Shown: positions 1-12,611 of the stretch, one piece after another | How the letters are laid out: the number at the start of each line of letters is the position of its first letter | Position numbering within the stretch: the stretch's first letter is position 1 | Origin: Eledone cirrhosa | Taxonomy: Eukaryota | Reading direction: 5' to 3' | Length of the DNA: 64,000 nucleotides | Assembly: GCA_964016885.1 (NCBI GenBank) | Contig: OZ024741.1 | Location: 359,662,001 to 359,726,000 of the forward strand | Notes under the pieces: model-generated | Seen by the model: only the letters and a program-made list of their open reading frames with translations | What the model was told of the DNA's origin: nothing | The model's database searches: none | Position numbers and translations under genes: made by a program

Positions 1-412
1 TAACCCACTCGATATGCAAATTGGGCTACTTAGCCGTTAATATGCATAGGGTAAGTATATACGTTCAACAATCTGGCAGGAAGGTATACGTTGCTGATGA
101 TAGCTAATAAGCTTGAAACTAGTACAGCGTTCCTTTGTCAGTGTTGAACAAACAAGCAACGATGGTTGCTCGACACTACGGCTTAATACGGGATGTTTGT
201 TTACAAACACACCAAGCATTATAATAAATGTTCGGTGAATCCATACGTACATATATATATGTGTGCATGTATGTATAGAAGCTGGATTCTTATAGAATTC
301 CAGTAATAATCAGGAGCTGATTATACAGAGCGATTGCCGGTCCAGCAGAAATTAGGTATTAGGATTGGTGCTCTGAAATAGTGATGTATACATGAATGTA
401 TGATATGTATAG

Positions 413-625
413 TATGTTTGGCAATATACTGTATGTTCAATTAAAAATATTTTGAAGACAGGTAGTACGTGGCTCTGATGATTGCTAAACAGCATGAAAC
501 AGACTGTTAGCTTCTCTCCCTTCTTTTGCCGAAAAGAAGTAAGTGACATAGTCACTACTTTAAAACCGATAGCATATGGTCTTCAAAATGTTCTTAATTA
601 AACATACGGTATATTGCCAAATATG
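413..625. repeat. Inverted-repeat pair (~43-47 bp arms, ~120 bp spacer), MITE-like
   Basis: tttggcaatatactgtatgttcaattaaaaatattttgaagac (417-459) is the near-exact reverse complement of gtcttcaaaatgttcttaattaaacatacggtatattgccaaa (579-621). Confidence 0.6.
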
Positions 626-1679
626 CAGATATGTCTGCTGGGCACACAAGCAATAGGACGAGTGTTTTTTCCTGCCAGCGACATATCAAACATATCGGGT
701 ATTTCATCTGAGGATACCATTCTCATAATCAACAGCAAATGCATGAAGGGCATCTCAATTGAATCGAGAAATAATTATAATGATTAAACGATATATGTAA
801 CCTCAGCATCTTATTTTGTTATTTTATAAAATTCTCCATCGTAACTAAAAACTACAATTGTTGAGAGCTTTCTCCTGCTTACTCCTGTTTTTACGAAAAC
901 AACCTTTTCTGAATATATATATATACATGAGATAAAGGATATTCAGTAGAGGGTGAGAACAGATCTAATTCTGGCACCATTTTCTTTTTAACAAGAGGAA
1001 ACAAATTTTAATCTGACCTCGAAACAAAAACACCAACAGGAACAACACCACCACTAACAAAAATAAAAACAACAGCAACAACATCCAAAAATAGTTTTAA
1101 TCTATAACTAAATCTATGTTAATATGTCTTCTTCATTGACCTTTATCAGTTCTATTCTGGATCCATTTCCTTCCATCCTGAAATAATTTATTTCAACAAA
1201 AGAATAAGACAGTACTTGAGTGTATCATGTTTTGTTTTTTGTATTTTTGTTTAATTATTTCATCCTGTGCTGAGAACACACAATAGGACATGAATACTCA
1301 GGCATAGAAACTATGCCAAACATGGGTTGCGAGGACTCTTCTGTCACATTGAGAACATGACAACTTCCTTAGAGCTAGTGTCATAATATACACCCAGTAG
1401 TTTCTGTAGAATACTGATGTTAGAAAGGGAATCCAGCCAGAGAACCCATGTCAAATAAGGTGTGAGTGAATTCTTCAGTCATGTCAAAGACATGACAACT
1501 TCCTTAGTGCTGGTATAATAATAAAATACACCAAGTGCACTCTGTAAAATGGCTGGCATTAAAAAGGGCATCCAGCCATAGAACCCACAACAAAACCGCA
1601 TTGAGAAGACTGTATGTTTTATGGTTGCTCTCTCTTCATGGTGTGAACTCCTCAAGGTGGGAACTCATCTACCAATTAC

Positions 1680-1985
1680 AATGATGAGTGTTCTAGTTGT
1701 TTGATCAACAGTACAGCCTAATCGTGAAATTTATGTGCAAAGTGGCTGAGTATTCCACAGACATATAAACCCTTAATGTAATTCTTAGGGAGATTCAACG
1801 TGACACAATGTGACAAGGCTGGCTCTTTGATTGACAGATTCAAATCTTTTTCTCCAGCTAAGTGAATTGGAACAACATGAAATAACATGTCTTTCTCAAG
1901 GACATAATGCACAGCAAGAAATCAAACTCACAACTTTACGATCATGAACCAAACGTCCTAACCACTATGCCACATGCCTTCAAAG
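1680..1985 (-). mobile_element. tRNA-derived CORE-type SINE (degenerate)
   Basis: Reverse strand reads gaaggcatgtggcatagtggttaggacg (box A-like head), followed by a CORE-like tgtccttgagaaagacatgttatttcatgttg. Homologous to copies at 15240, 37560, 51170, 55770 and 56170. Confidence 0.65.
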
Positions 1986-2744
1986 AATCAGTACAAGAGA
2001 CAAAGAAAAGAAATGAAATAGTGCATAAGTGGCCCAGTGGCTGTAGAATGTTTAGGAGCGGAGGAGGAGGATTGCCAATCAGCCAATGAAATGGCTTGCT
2101 TTTGGGAAAATGAGAATAAATAAATAAACAAAACATAGTAGGGAACCTGGGTATTGAGAATTGAAACCAAATTGCAGATTTGGTTTGTCAGATTACACTC
2201 TCACTCCAGATAATCCTTGTATTGATTTCTCTAAGTACTCATTCCAGTATTGATTTTTCAATGCATTCTTCTAATATTTCTCTAATATTGATTTACTCCT
2301 AGGCACACCCTTCAGATAATATTAGTATTGATTTATTTGGAATAAGGAACACCATCATGATTAATCATCTAGCATAGTTGAGATTAAGGTGTCGAATTGG
2401 CAGAGTCAATAGAACGTTTAGTAGAATGCTTTGCAATATATGTTCTGATTCTCTATGAGTTCAAATCCTGACTTGGTCAACTTTTCCTTTCTTTCTTTCG
2501 AGATCGATAAAAAAAAAAAAGTACCATATTCCAGTACTGAGGTCAATTCTTCCTCTATATTTCTTTTTCACTTCATCTCTACCACTATCTCACTATCTCT
2601 CCTTATCTGGAAGAAATTGGCTGTGCTCAGACCTGGAGAGGGATGGGTGCCGCCAGGTATAAATTGCCAAAGAAATACTATATGTCACCATGGCTCTCCT
2701 AAGAATCTATTAAGAGTATATACACACATTATTAAGATTGCCAT

Positions 2745-2888
2745 TCTGAGTTCAAAGCCCTTGTCATTCTGAGTTCAAATCCCGCCGAGGTTAACTTTGC
2801 CTTTCATCCTTATGGGGTCGATAAAATAAAGTACCAGTAATAGACTGGGTAATTGCTGGCCTTGTGCCAAAAGTAGAAACAATTATTA
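2745..2888 (+). mobile_element. tRNA-derived SINE, 5'-truncated (family A)
   Basis: gagttcaaatcccgccgaggttaactttgcctttcatccttatggggtcgataaaataaagtaccag...ggccttgtgccaaaagtagaaacaattatt matches the other family-A copies in the window. Confidence 0.8.
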
Positions 2889-3164
2889 AGATTACTTGTT
2901 GTTTTTAATGTTTGGGTACATTCTGACCATGCTATTTTTTCCCTATGTGTAGGGAACCTAAGACCACATCATCTAATGCATCCTTTGATGAGACAGTAGG
3001 GTGTGATTTGAGGGAGATATAGTTGTTATTCTAGCAAGTCAAGCAACTATGTAGAGCAATGTTCCCCCCATCACAACACCACAAAAAAATGTGACACCTT
3101 CTCTGCCTTCAATATAGAAATATGTTTCATGTTAAAAAGATATAATGCTTTACATTGTACTGGG

Positions 3165-3600
3165 GCAGTTTTGGTGCCACAATAAATTACAACCAGCTCA
3201 CTCTGTAAAGTGGTCATGCTGGTGCCACAATAAAATACACCCAGCCCGCTCTGTAAAGTGGTCATGCTGGTGACACAGTAAAACACAACCAACTCACTCT
3301 GTGAAGTGGTAGCACTGATACCATGATAAAATACACCCAGTCCACTCTGTAAAGTGGTAGTGCTGGTACCCTGATAAAATGCACCCAGCCCACTCTGTAA
3401 AGTGGTAATGCTGTTGCCATGATAAAATGCTTCCTGTACATGCTGTAAAGTGGTTGGCATTAAGAAAGGCATCTGGCCTTAAAAACCAAGCCCAAAGTGA
3501 AACATATGAGCAAGATGTGATCAACTGACTAATCTAGCCTCAAAACATGACAACCTGTCTGTTCATGCAAGTATGGAAAATAGAGATTAAACAGTGATGA
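3165..3600 (+). repeat. RTE/SINE 3'-tail with ~6 tandem ~45-bp units
   Basis: Unit ~aaaatacacccagcccactctgtaaagtggtcatgctggtgccac(a/g)at, followed by ggttggcattaagaaaggcatc and a gatgatg tail. The same motifs occur in the RTE-derived tails at 24983 and 44695. Confidence 0.7.
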
Positions 3601-4223
3601 TGTAAAATTTAGAAAATATCGGCCCCAAATATTCAAATTGTTCCCCTATAGAGCATGTGCCCTAAATGGAGAATCACTGATATAGAGACTGTTTCATTGG
3701 CTTTAGATTTCAGTTGTTGTTGTTTATCCCAGGTTAATTCTGATTAAACAGTCTTAGGGGGTAGGGTATTGGGTTTATGATCATGGTTTCAATTCCTGGG
3801 TAAAATGGCACATTGTGTTATTCAACAATATATTTCATTTTACGTTGCTTGAGCCAACTCAGCAGAAAATGAGTACCAGCAATAACTGTGGTTAAACCTG
3901 TGATGGATTGGTTACATATCCAGGAGTATTATTGTACTCTCAGTTACTTCATTGTTAATGAAACTGGAATAAACTCTGGCTGAATGAGCCTCTGGGCATG
4001 GGAACAGATTTAGTTGTTGTTGTTTTAACCTAGGTTAGCTCAGATTAAGCAAACCTTTCATGCATATCAATGTTTTTGTCACCCGTTTGATACCAAAGCA
4101 TCTGATATTGTCCTGGTTTCATGATACAAAACCTCTCATTTTAAAATGTTCATATAACCTTTTTGATACTATATTTCTAATGAATGGAACAGCCTATGAT
4201 TTTCAAATCATTTTGAAAATAAT

Positions 4224-4408
4224 TGTTTCTACTATTGGCACAAGGCCAGAAATTACCCAGTACATTACTGGTACTTTATTTTATCGACCCCGTAAGGATG
4301 AAAGGCAAAGTCAACCTCGGCGGGATTTGAACTCAGATCGTAAAGGGACGTAACTATGCTGGAAAGCATGGCGTACGACCCTCTACCGATACTGCCAATC
4401 CACCGCCC
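4224..4408 (-). mobile_element. Full-length tRNA-derived SINE (family A) with 15-bp TSD
   Basis: Head ggcggtggattggcagtatcggtagagggtcg, box B-like gagttcaaatcc, tail gtagaaacaattatt. Flanked by direct repeat cattttgaaaataat (4209-4223 and 4409-4423). Confidence 0.9.
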
Positions 4409-6026
4409 CATTTTGAAAATAATGGAAGGATTTAATAATGTAATCAACTTTCTTCTTGTTAAGTTGGTGTTTGAAACATAGTTTAAGAAAGCTTCTTATA
4501 TAAAATTATAGTGGAAGGCTTTTAGATAAACAAACAACTTTGCACCATATAACCAGGAGCAATTTCAGGTGGTTTGGTATTAAATGGGTTCAATTAAAAC
4601 TTCCTATATGAAATTTATATAAAATTATGTTCCAAATGCCAGCTTAAGAATGAAAAAGTATTAGCTTGTTTAATACCAAATCTTCAATACTAGAGCGACA
4701 GAACTTTCTTGCAGAAACCCCAACTATATCAGCTAGTACCATCTAGCCTCCTCCACAAGTTCCTGCTGAAGAAGAAAACCTGCTGCTCAAAATTGCCAAC
4801 ATAATTTGATATATGAACCCTGTGTTAAGTTATATTACAAGTGCCATTTTTAGTGTTTCACTCTAAATTTTTCATTGATTAATTCAAATACATTGTGTTT
4901 CATAAAAAATATGTTAAGGAAAATGGCTAAATCACATCAACTTTTATTCAATTAATTGTGACAGACAATAAGGATGGGTAAAAGGATTAAATTTGTGTAA
5001 GGAGGAACCAACTGACAAGATACATAACCCTGAACAACAAGGCTAAACAAACATTTGGCTGATATTTGTCATACATTGACTCCATTGTCTGTGATACAAG
5101 GATGTGAATGAGGAGAGTTTGGCAGGGGAGGAAGGTGCACTTACTTGCTTAAGGTGAACTCACTGACATACATTATATAAATAGACTGACAAACAGCCGT
5201 ACAGACAGACAGAAAATAAACAGGGAAGGGTAGTGTGTGTGGGGGGGGGGGGAGATGAAAGACAGATAATAGGGTGGGGGGAGACAGTTAACATGATAGA
5301 TAAGGGGAGGGAGGGGATAAACAGACGGACAGGTAGCAGGATGGTCAGAAGTGGGGCGGGGGCAGATAAATAGACATGCAGACAGAAAAACAGATGGTGC
5401 CCCCCCCCCCCCCCCCCCCCCCCAACTTATCAAAGGGATAGAGTGGTAGATGAATGAGAGAGAATGAATACTAAATACCATAGTAAAGATTAATAGTTTA
5501 TTAAGGTTGGTGACTGGAAGAGCATCTAGTCATAGAAAACTTTCAAAACAAAGAGTTGGGAGGACCTTCAGTTATATCAAAGATACGACAACCTCCCTTA
5601 TGCTGGTGCACTCGGTAGAACATATTATACATAAGCAAGATGCAGACCGAAACGGCTTGTCTGAGAACTCAGTAGCCCTGCTCCAGTACTGACTTGGTCT
5701 ATGAAGACCCATTCAACTCTTGCTAACAGGGAAAGTGGACATTCAATGATGATGATGATGATAATCCAGTAGCCAGTTATTCTGGAGTTATCCCCTCACA
5801 CATGTGCAACTCGTGTACCAGTTTGAAGAATAGGCGGCATGTTAGGGGACAGGGAATTCTTCTGAGTAATAGGTCCCTGGATCAACTTTAATAAACTATA
5901 ATAAACTAGCACATTGCTACACAAATGAAGGTTCCCACAATCCTTCAGGTATAAGTGGGTGAAGAAGAAAATATATAAATAAATACATATATGTGTATAT
6001 ATAAAGAGAGATATACATATATATAG

Positions 6027-6073
<47 letters not shown>

Positions 6074-6676
6074 GTATAATATTATACATTAAATTTAGTA
6101 CTTACATAGAGCACTCTTCACTCCTATGATTTTTTCAATTTTCAACGGAAACTTCATCATCATCATCATCATCATCATCATTTTACGTCCGCTTTTCCCT
6201 GCTTGCAAGGGTGGGACTGATATATACATATATATATATATATATCAAACGGAGTTAAGGACTCACGTTATATCCCTGTCATTTAATAATTGTTTCTACT
6301 TTTGGCAAAGGCCAGCAATTACCCAGTACATTACTAGTACTTTATTTTATCGACCCCGTAAGGATGAAAGGCAAAGTTAACCTCGGCGGGATTTGAATTC
6401 AGAATGGAATTTAATAATGTATTTGGTAGTTCTTGTTTTTCACTCTAGTGTGGCCGTCTACTCCCTGTAATTGAAAACACATTCTCTTGTGTATTCTCCT
6501 CTCTATATTGTATATATATATAAAGAGAGATATACATATGCATATATATAGATATACATATAAATATATCAACATAAACTGACCACCATATGAACGCGAA
6601 ACATTACAGACATTTCTATGCGTTATATGTTCATTCTGTCATTACAACAGCAGAGGTCCAATGAGCTTTTGATTCC

Positions 6677-6708
<32 letters not shown>

Positions 6709-6758
6709 TATATATATATAACTTTGATAGGTTTCGGCCAGTATTGGCCCAGGCCATG

Positions 6759-6998
6759 TCTAACTTAATAGGTCGGTCTGTGTGTGTGTGTGTCTGTCTG
6801 TATACAAATACTAGTCTCCTTTTAACTTTTGAAGTACTAGGCCGATTTGGCACTTGCTATTGAGGGGACCTCTCATTGGCTAGCCAATTAGCTGACATAA
6901 GTTGACATGCACTCAGAAATTGCTAGCTAAGCCATAAACGACCTTGAACAATTCAGGCTGTCATTCATTTCCCGAGCAACGCCGGGTACATCTGCTAG
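6759..6998 (+). mobile_element. Short non-autonomous Helitron
   Basis: 3' hairpin cccg-agcaacgc-cggg followed by CTAG (6995-6998) and T; the 3' end is the same as the Helitron ending at 32749. The 5' boundary is approximate. Confidence 0.65.
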
Positions 6999-7021
6999 TA
7001 TATATATATATAGAGATATAT

Positions 7022-7118
<97 letters not shown>

Positions 7119-7180
7119 TATATATACATTATATATAGATATATATACATACAAATATATATATATAGATATATATACAT

Positions 7181-7218
<38 letters not shown>

Positions 7219-7222
<4 letters not shown>

Positions 7223-8587
7223 AAATGTGTGTAATCCTTGGTACAGTTAGGTATATTAAGACAGGGGGGAAGAAAAAAATGGCTTCACTTGTGCTTTCAA
7301 CAAATTTATTTTCTTCATAAAATCCAAAAAGAATTTTTTTCCGGATTAGAAAAATTTTTTTATTTTTTTTTTATTTTATTATTTTTTTTTTTTAAATAAA
7401 TTGAGTCGTTGGTTGTTGGTTAGGTCTTAGGAGTTCTTGGTTAACGTAGGAGGTATTGTTTCGTTTTTAGAAAGACCTTTCACGCTGAGGTGCGCTTGTC
7501 AAACTGATGTGTATGTGGTGTGTTGTTCTATATATAGGGATTTAACATGTTTGTGGTGCGGTGGGTTTTTTTTTTCTCCCCCTTTAATAAGTGTAGGGGT
7601 GAAGGTGTGTTGAAAACTACAAGAAAAAAGATTATGTGACCTGAAAAAATTCCTTAAAAAACAAGAATACCAGATGAAACTCATCAACGCAGCCATCTCC
7701 AAGGCTAAGAACATCCCAATAACAACACTGAGAAAACCAAACCCACGACATAAAAAAAAAAACCCTGCTATCTCTTTTGTCATCACTCACAACCCAGGGA
7801 ACGTCAACATTGTGAAAACGGCTAAGCAGTATCTCCCGATTCTACAGCAATCTACCAAAATGAATGCACTCTTAAAAAACACACAGATAATTTATAGCAG
7901 ACGCCAAGCACCCAACCTTAAAAAACTAATTACCAAGGCAAAATTTACGACCAACATGGAATCAATGCAAGTGACGAAATGCGGGGACCCTAGATGTGGA
8001 ACCTGTGAACTCATCGAAGAGGGCAAACAGTTGTCCTTCAAAAACCATGATAATTTCAAGGTCAATGCAAACATGAACTGCAAAACGAAAAACCTAATAT
8101 ATTGCGCAAGATGTCCACAGTGTAAAGAGTATTACATTGGGGAAACCGGAACGGGACTACATGATAGAGTCCGGGTACATAAACAACAAATTAAAGACCC
8201 CACAGTCAGAAATACCACATGTAGCGCACACTTTGAATCATGCGGGAAGGAAAAATTCACAATCTTCCCTTTCTTCAAGATATGGTCGGATATCGAACAT
8301 TTCCGCAGATATAAAGAAGAATTCTTCATTGAAAAATTTAAACCACTACTGAACACGAAAAATGAATTAACACTCGGAGGTAAAATTCCATTTCACTACC
8401 CCCCCCCCCTCTTCTTATGTGTACACATGAATATATGTATGTATATGTATATATATATATATATGTATGTATATGTATGTATGTATGTATGTGTTTGTAT
8501 GTGTATGTGTATGTGTATATATATATATATATAAATATATATATATGTGTATATATATGTATATGTGTGTATGTGTCTGTATGTGTT

Positions 8588-8630
<43 letters not shown>

Positions 8631-9605
8631 ATGCCTCTATATATATATATATATATGTGTATGTGTGTGTGTGTATGCATGTATGTGTGAACGGATGTAT
8701 ATATACGGACATATGTGTGTGTGTGTGTACGCGTGAGTGTGTGTGTGTGTATGTGTATATATGTATATTTAGTTATGTATCTTTATGTGTGTATATATAT
8801 GTATATGTATGTATATATATATATATATATATACCCATGTGGAGGTATGAGTACATATTCGTGTGTGTACGTATGTATACATGTGTTTTTATATGTGTCT
8901 TTATATGTTTTTGTGCATGTATGTGGATGTATATGTACATGGGTGTGTGATTGATGGTGTGTGCCTATATATTCCTACATATGCCCGTGTGTGTTTGTAC
9001 TTATATACGCACATATATGTGTGTGTTGAACAAAGGACTAATTTTGGGATGGACGTAGAAAAATTCTTCAGAAAAAAATAATTGTTTACAAGCTTGGCAG
9101 GTGCGGTTTGCCTATGACCATTTTCGATACAAAGGAATACTAAAAGCTTTTTCCCCTGAATAAAGGAATTTTTCGAGAATGACCGGGGCAGGCCGCGCTT
9201 GCTACATTTCTCCCCGCCCAACCCTACTCACTGTCTCAACTCATTACTACTATTAACATTTTTTCAACACACCTACACCCCTACACTTATTAAAGGGGGA
9301 AAAAAAATCCCACCGCACCACAAACATGTTAAATCCCTATATATAGAACAACACACCACATACACATCAGTTTGACAAGCGCACCTCAGCGTGAAAGGTC
9401 TTTCTAAAAACGAAACAATACCTCCTACGTTAACCAAGAATTCCTAAGACCTAACCAACAACCAACGACTCAATTTATAAAAAAAATTTTTTATTTTTTA
9501 TTTTTTCTAATCCGGAAAAAAATTCTTTTTGGATTTTGTGAAGAAAATAAATTTGTTGAAATCACAAGTGAAGCCATTTTTTTCTTCCCCCCTGTCTTAA
9601 TATAT
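7219..9605 (+). mobile_element. Penelope-like retroelement (Neptune-like), 5'-truncated, with inverted terminal duplication, inserted in (TA)n
   Basis: 7252-7616 is the reverse complement of 9261-9605. It encloses an RT C-terminus/GIY-YIG ORF and a (TG/TA)-rich 3' UTR, and has (TA)n on both flanks. Confidence 0.88.
7674..8534 (+). CDS. PLE ORF C-terminal part: Cys-rich linker plus GIY-YIG endonuclease (5'-truncated; the end of the ORF runs into microsatellite)
   Basis: [19 protein letters not shown] linker, [32 protein letters not shown] and KPLLN are PLE GIY-YIG motifs. Confidence 0.85.
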   Translation: MKLINAAISKAKNIPITTLRKPNPRHKKKNPAISFVITHNPGNVNIVKTAKQYLPILQQSTKMNALLKNTQIIYSRRQAPNLKKLITKAKFTTNMESMQVTKCGDPRCGTCELIEEGKQLSFKNHDNFKVNANMNCKTKNLIYCARCPQCKEYYIGETGTGLHDRVRVHKQQIKDPTVRNTTCSAHFESCGKEKFTIFPFFKIWSDIEHFRRYKEEFFIEKFKPLLNTKNELTLGGKIPFHYPPPLFLCVHMNICMYMYIYIYMYVYVCMYVCVCMCMCMCIYIYI

Positions 9606-10414
9606 ATTTATATACATACAAATATATATATATATATATATACATACATACATACAAATATATATATATATATATATATATACATACAAATATATATAGA
9701 TATATATATGAATATCTATATATATATATATGTGACTACCTATATACCTACTAGAATAGCAATCCTAACCATATGACAACTGGACAGTAAACACAACACT
9801 GAACCAGAAGCATATCAAAAACAAAAACACCACAAATTTCAAACTGTCTGAAAAAACATGTCAGAAGGTTATTATGCAACCATGGCCTCCCTGATTGCTT
9901 TCTTGAGAGCCTCCTTGGTGTTGTGTGGTCCTGCTGTTCACTTCTCTCTCCAAGATGCCCGACACAAAATAGTTGAGACGATTACAGTCTGGCAATGAGG
10001 ATGGAGGCCATCAGTTGGGCAAGCTGTGGTATGGCACATTGGTGATAAGCCAGGCCTAGGTGGTCCTTCTAATTCTATGTTTGCAAGATATAATTAATAT
10101 GCTAGGTTTTTAAGGATAGATCTATTACATTTGAAAATACCAGTAAAGTAGTTAATTTCCTAGATATAACTTTAGACTTATCTACGGGTATCTACCAACC
10201 TTACCATAGACCTAACCAAAACTTACATTACATACACTCACAATCCAATCACTCTAGATATATCCTTAAAAACCTAGCATATAATATTTCACTCAAAATT
10301 TCTAACCTTTCATCTAACCAGGATGTATTCGATAAAAATGCGACCTTTTATAAAGAAGTTTTAGCTATAAGCGGCCACAAAAACAAATTAGTCTATATAC
10401 CTTGTACCAATAAT

Positions 10415-10615
10415 TGTTTCTACTTTAGGCACAAGGCCAGCAATTACCCAGTGCATTACTGGTACTTTATTTTATCGACCCCGCAAGGATGAAAGGAAAA
10501 GTCAACCTCGGCGGGATTTGAACTCAGATCGTAAAGGGACTTAACTATGCTGGAAAGCATGGCGTCCGACCCTCTACCGATACTACCAATCCACCGCGCC
10601 GGTGGATTACTTGTG
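10415..10615 (-). mobile_element. Full-length SINE (family A) with 18-bp TSD, inserted in the PLE
   Basis: Direct repeat ataccttgtaccaataat at 10397-10414 and 10616-10633. Confidence 0.9.
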
Positions 10616-11258
10616 ATACCTTGTACCAATAATACTTCAAACATACAACCCAATATTACCAACAAACACCATATGAAAAACACACACCTACATGCCACTC
10701 ACACTATACCCAAAAATGCCAACTTAAAACTTAATTTCTCTACCTCTTCTCACATAAAATATAACTTTCAAAAAACCATTCATCCTAATACTCCAATATA
10801 CGTTAATAACATTACTAACAAAATTCATAATAATCAGACTAAAACACCTAAATCAGTTAATCTAACTAAACCTATATATAATAAATTCACTAATACTAAC
10901 TCTCTTAGTAAACATCCTGATACATCGTATAAATATAAAAAACAACATCGAAACCGTAATATCGAGTTACTTGGTATAATGCTCCATTTAATCTACAAAT
11001 TAAAGATAATATCCCTAAAAAATGTTTTACTATATAAGAGAAAAACTTCCCACCAAACCATAAATACCATCAAATTTTAAATAGATCAACTGTCAAATTT
11101 TCCTACTCCACAATATAGGTGCGTACAATGCATATAAATGTAAAAAAAAAAAAACCAATATACCACCAACACATCAAACCAACCATAATACTAAAATAAA
11201 CTGCAACAAACCACCATCTCCTTCACATATAACAAGTTGAGTAAATTCTACACCAAAT

Positions 11259-11720
11259 TTGACTAACTCCCCTGATATAATATTCACGAATGGTTGTAAC
11301 TGTAGAAACAAAAGAAATTGCCCATTAAAGGGAAATTGTCTTATTAATAACATAGTATATAAATGTAAAATTAGCACTAAGGACTCAACTTATTCATATA
11401 TAGGAGCTACTTCTAACCAATTTAAAGTAAGATTTAATACCCACAAACATAGTTTTAAAAATACCGCATTAGCTAATACAACATCCTTGGCTGAAACAAT
11501 TAATAATTATATAAAAAAGAATATCGATTACAACCTGACCTGGAGTGTGCTCAAAAGGGCCACCCCTTATCAAAATAACAGATATGAGTGTAGATTATGT
11601 TCCCAGGAACTTTTTGAAATAATGAAATCTAAGGATATCCTATTAAATAAGCGACAAAAATTAATTATATCTTGCAATCATAGAATTAGAAGAACTTTCA
11701 AATATTATAAATCTAATTAA
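11259..11720 (+). pseudogene. Naiad-type PLE GIY-YIG endonuclease domain (open segment of a disrupted ORF)
   Basis: CNCRNKRNCPLKGNCL..NIVYKC...YIGATSNQFKVRFNTH...CRLCSQE...LLNKR...SCNH. Confidence 0.85.
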
Positions 11721-12440
11721 TATATTTTACATATTATTTAAAAATATTTTACATATTATTATAATTAGTTTTTTAATTTAGTTAACCTATAATTAGTACT
11801 TTACTACAGAGAACTTCATAATTTTATTTCCCTTTTACAGCTATCTTTTCCTAAAATTAATACCTATAAGTATACATATAAACTATTTTAATTCCCTGTT
11901 ATGAATCTAGATTCCTTGTAGTCTATATAAGATTGATATTTCTCACTAATACATTTATCCTAACATTTTATTTTCCTTCGTTTTTAACAACATTCTTTAA
12001 TAACATCTAAATCTTATTTATCACATCCATATGAATTAATATAAATTTATCCCTATCAATCAATTTAATTTCTTGTTATAGATCTAAATTCCTTGTGTTT
12101 TAAATAAGATTGGTATTTCTCACTAACACCTTTACCCTAAAATTTTATTCTCCTTCGATTTTAACATTAGCATTATTCTTTAATAACATCAATTTTCCGT
12201 GTACCTTTCACCGGCTTGACCTCTTTTTATCCCCAAAGTATTCTTTTCATTCAAAGTATTCTTTCCATTCAAAACTTAAGTCTGCATTCCTCTACCCCTA
12301 AATTAAATTTCTACTACTACTATTCTATCAACTTGACCACTTACTACTTTTCTATTGGTCAATTCAAAACCTGTTCTCAAACAGACCTATTATATTAAAT
12401 CTTTGTTGTTTTTTTTCAATAAACAAATATCATTATTTCT

Positions 12441-12611
12441 CAGTATCGGTAGAGGGTAGGACATGCTTTCCAGCATAGTTACGCCCCTTTACGATCTGAG
12501 TTCAAATCCGGCCGAGGTTAACTTTGCCTTTCATCCTTACGGGGTCAATAAAATAAAGTGCCAGTAATGTACTGGATAATTGCTGGCCTTGTGCCTAAAA
12601 TAGAAAAAAAA
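12441..12611 (+). mobile_element. SINE (family A) with 9-bp TSD attatttct
   Basis: TSD at 12432-12440 and 12612-12620; family-A body. Confidence 0.85.

Noticed and set aside
4224-4408. tRNA-like sequences at SINE heads
   Set aside because: Only box A/B remnants; no cloverleaf could be drawn, and they continue into SINE bodies with TSDs.
5144-5163. Possible 18-nt microexon (cag|TGAGTTCACCTTAAGCAA|gtaagt) on the minus strand
   Set aside because: Splice-like words alone are expected by chance; no supporting gene context.
5240-5425. Poly-G and poly-C runs
   Set aside because: Low-complexity homopolymers with unreliable length; no further structure seen.
6722-6758. Half hammerhead (atggcc...ggccGAAAC) on the minus strand
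   Set aside because: The CUGANGA box is missing; at best a truncated remnant.
8338-9081. HT/VC-rich ORFs
   Set aside because: Dinucleotide-repeat 3' UTR of the PLE.
11259-11720. Selenocysteine recoding in the Naiad-like PLE
   Set aside because: The Cys positions visible here use TGT/TGC, and I could not identify a SECIS in its 3' UTR.
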